This document shows, in pieces, positions 63,244-64,000 of a stretch of 64,000 nt of DNA. How positions within the stretch are numbered: position 1 is the first letter of the stretch; each line of letters begins with the position of its first letter. Origin of the DNA: an uncultured archaeon (lineage in GTDB: Archaea > Aenigmatarchaeota > Aenigmatarchaeia > PWEA01 > JAGHBM01); NCBI GenBank assembly GCA_964584335.1, contig CAZOZN010000001.1, positions 293,351 to 357,350 on the forward strand, in the 5' to 3' direction. The position numbers and the translations under genes are program-made. The notes beneath the pieces are model-generated. The model made no database searches, was not told the origin of the DNA, and saw only the letters and a program-made list of their open reading frames with translations.

Positions 63244-63447
63244 TCATTTATAAAATTTTATTATATATTCTCTCCATCCATTTTTTGCAAACCAGTTCTT
63301 CTGTAACTTGTCACATTCTGCGCTATTGTCGCAGCAATCACTTCCATAATCATCGCAAAGATAACTAAACAGTTGTTTTCCTTTTCTATAAAATGGGCAA
63401 CATCCAATATTGTGTTTGACCTTAAAATCATCGATCAATCTAATCAC
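63244..63447 (-). CDS. Cys-rich small protein (67 aa)
   Basis: Seven Cys (GCCPF, LCDD, SDCCD, AECD). No family recognised. Confidence 0.4.
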   Translation of the reverse strand: MIRLIDDFKVKHNIGCCPFYRKGKQLFSYLCDDYGSDCCDNSAECDKLQKNWFAKNGWREYIIKFYK

Positions 63448-63507
63448 TTCAAGATACCAATTATCTTACATAGTAAAACTAATAAATTAACAAAACTATA
63501 TAATACT

Positions 63508-63663
63508 ATGCAAAAAATAGACAAGTCAAAATTGGAGCTCAGAGACAAACTTATACAAAAAGTAAGAAGCGGTGAAATAAAATGCCCTATTTCTAATGAG
63601 CCTAATTGTCTCGAGTGTAAGTATTTAAGGACTTGTGCTTCAAAACTTAAAGAAAAGAGTTGA
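63508..63663 (+). CDS. small Cys-containing protein (51 aa)
   Basis: Internal ATG of the track ORF: MQKIDKSKLELRDKLIQKVRSGEIKCPISNEPNCLECKYLRTCAS... The upstream part of the track ORF is antisense to the 63244-63447 gene. Confidence 0.3.
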   Translation: MQKIDKSKLELRDKLIQKVRSGEIKCPISNEPNCLECKYLRTCASKLKEKS

Positions 63664-63667
63664 TTTT

Positions 63668-64000
63668 ATGAAAGAAGAAGAAATGATTAAAAAGGCAGAG
63701 GAATTTATGTTAGATTCCTTCCAGGGACAGAACGTACCCTCAGTAATAGCTGACGGTATGATAAGGCATCTTATACAGACAAGAAGATTTGTATTACTTC
63801 TGACAGAAGGGACTCAAAGAAACACAGTACCGCTAGAAATAGCAGCACTTCTTCATGGAGTAGAAAGAGGATATAGAGGCAGCGGAAAATACAAAAGACT
63901 TTTAAAAGGCAAAAAACATGAAGAAAAAAGCGCCATAATAACAGAAAAGTTTATGAAAAAAAAGAAATATCCCAAAACAATAATAAAAAAAACAGTAAGT
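63668..64000 (+). CDS. hypothetical protein, N-terminal fragment (3' end outside the window); possibly HD-domain-like
   Basis: ATG at 63668 and open to the window end. The MIRHLIQTRRF...EIAALLHGVER helical pattern is only weakly HD-like. Confidence 0.35.
   Translation, partial: MKEEEMIKKAEEFMLDSFQGQNVPSVIADGMIRHLIQTRRFVLLLTEGTQRNTVPLEIAALLHGVERGYRGSGKYKRLLKGKKHEEKSAIITEKFMKKKKYPKTIIKKTVS

Noticed and set aside
1-64000. Search for rRNA, tRNA, CRISPR arrays, prophage or IS elements
   Set aside because: No GC-rich structured-RNA islands, no short direct repeats with regular spacing, and no integrase, transposase or capsid-like ORFs were seen. The window looks like core chromosome with small lineage-specific insertions.

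Overview
AT-rich (about 30% GC by eye), very gene-dense chromosomal window from an archaeon. The archaeal assignment rests on L7Ae, S28e, L24e, S6e, S24e, L21e, aIF2-gamma, aIF5B, aIF6, Rpo7/Spt4/Rpo4, Pus10, class I LysRS, prefoldin alpha, DUF655 and GGGP synthase. Compact operons with many ATGA/TAATG stop-start overlaps, a recurrent AGGTGAT-type Shine-Dalgarno and several bacterial-type enzymes (GpmI, long Adk) suggest a small-genome uncultured lineage, possibly DPANN-like; this is inference only. I found no rRNA, tRNA, CRISPR array, transposase or integrase. Most of the window is housekeeping: translation, transcription, central metabolism, K+ uptake and envelope functions. There is also a large O2/peroxide detoxification block (HxlR, peroxiredoxin, EncFtn-like, rubrerythrin, desulfoferrodoxin, ferredoxin) and a glutaredoxin/TrxR/rubredoxin-like/FTRc thiol-redox block. 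The most unusual signal seen directly in the DNA concerns long Lys/Glu/Pro-rich C-terminal tails on three ribosomal proteins (L7Ae, S6e, S24e), with a shorter one on Rpo7. The S6e and S24e tails are encoded by a ~225-nt cassette that is ~98% identical between two loci 9.5 kb apart. Other leads: a TrxR homolog lacking the NADPH 2'-phosphate motif next to a split rubredoxin-like + FTR-catalytic pair; tandem GGGP-synthase paralogs with reciprocal degeneration of Gly-rich loops; a radical-SAM/SPASM - Dph6 - glutamine amidotransferase gene string; an orphan hydrogenase-maturation protease; a receiver domain fused to a P-loop-less KaiC-like domain; a 22-codon uORF coupled to the peroxiredoxin start; and a 1.8-kb island of four orphan genes. 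All functional calls come from motif recognition by eye, with no database search run.
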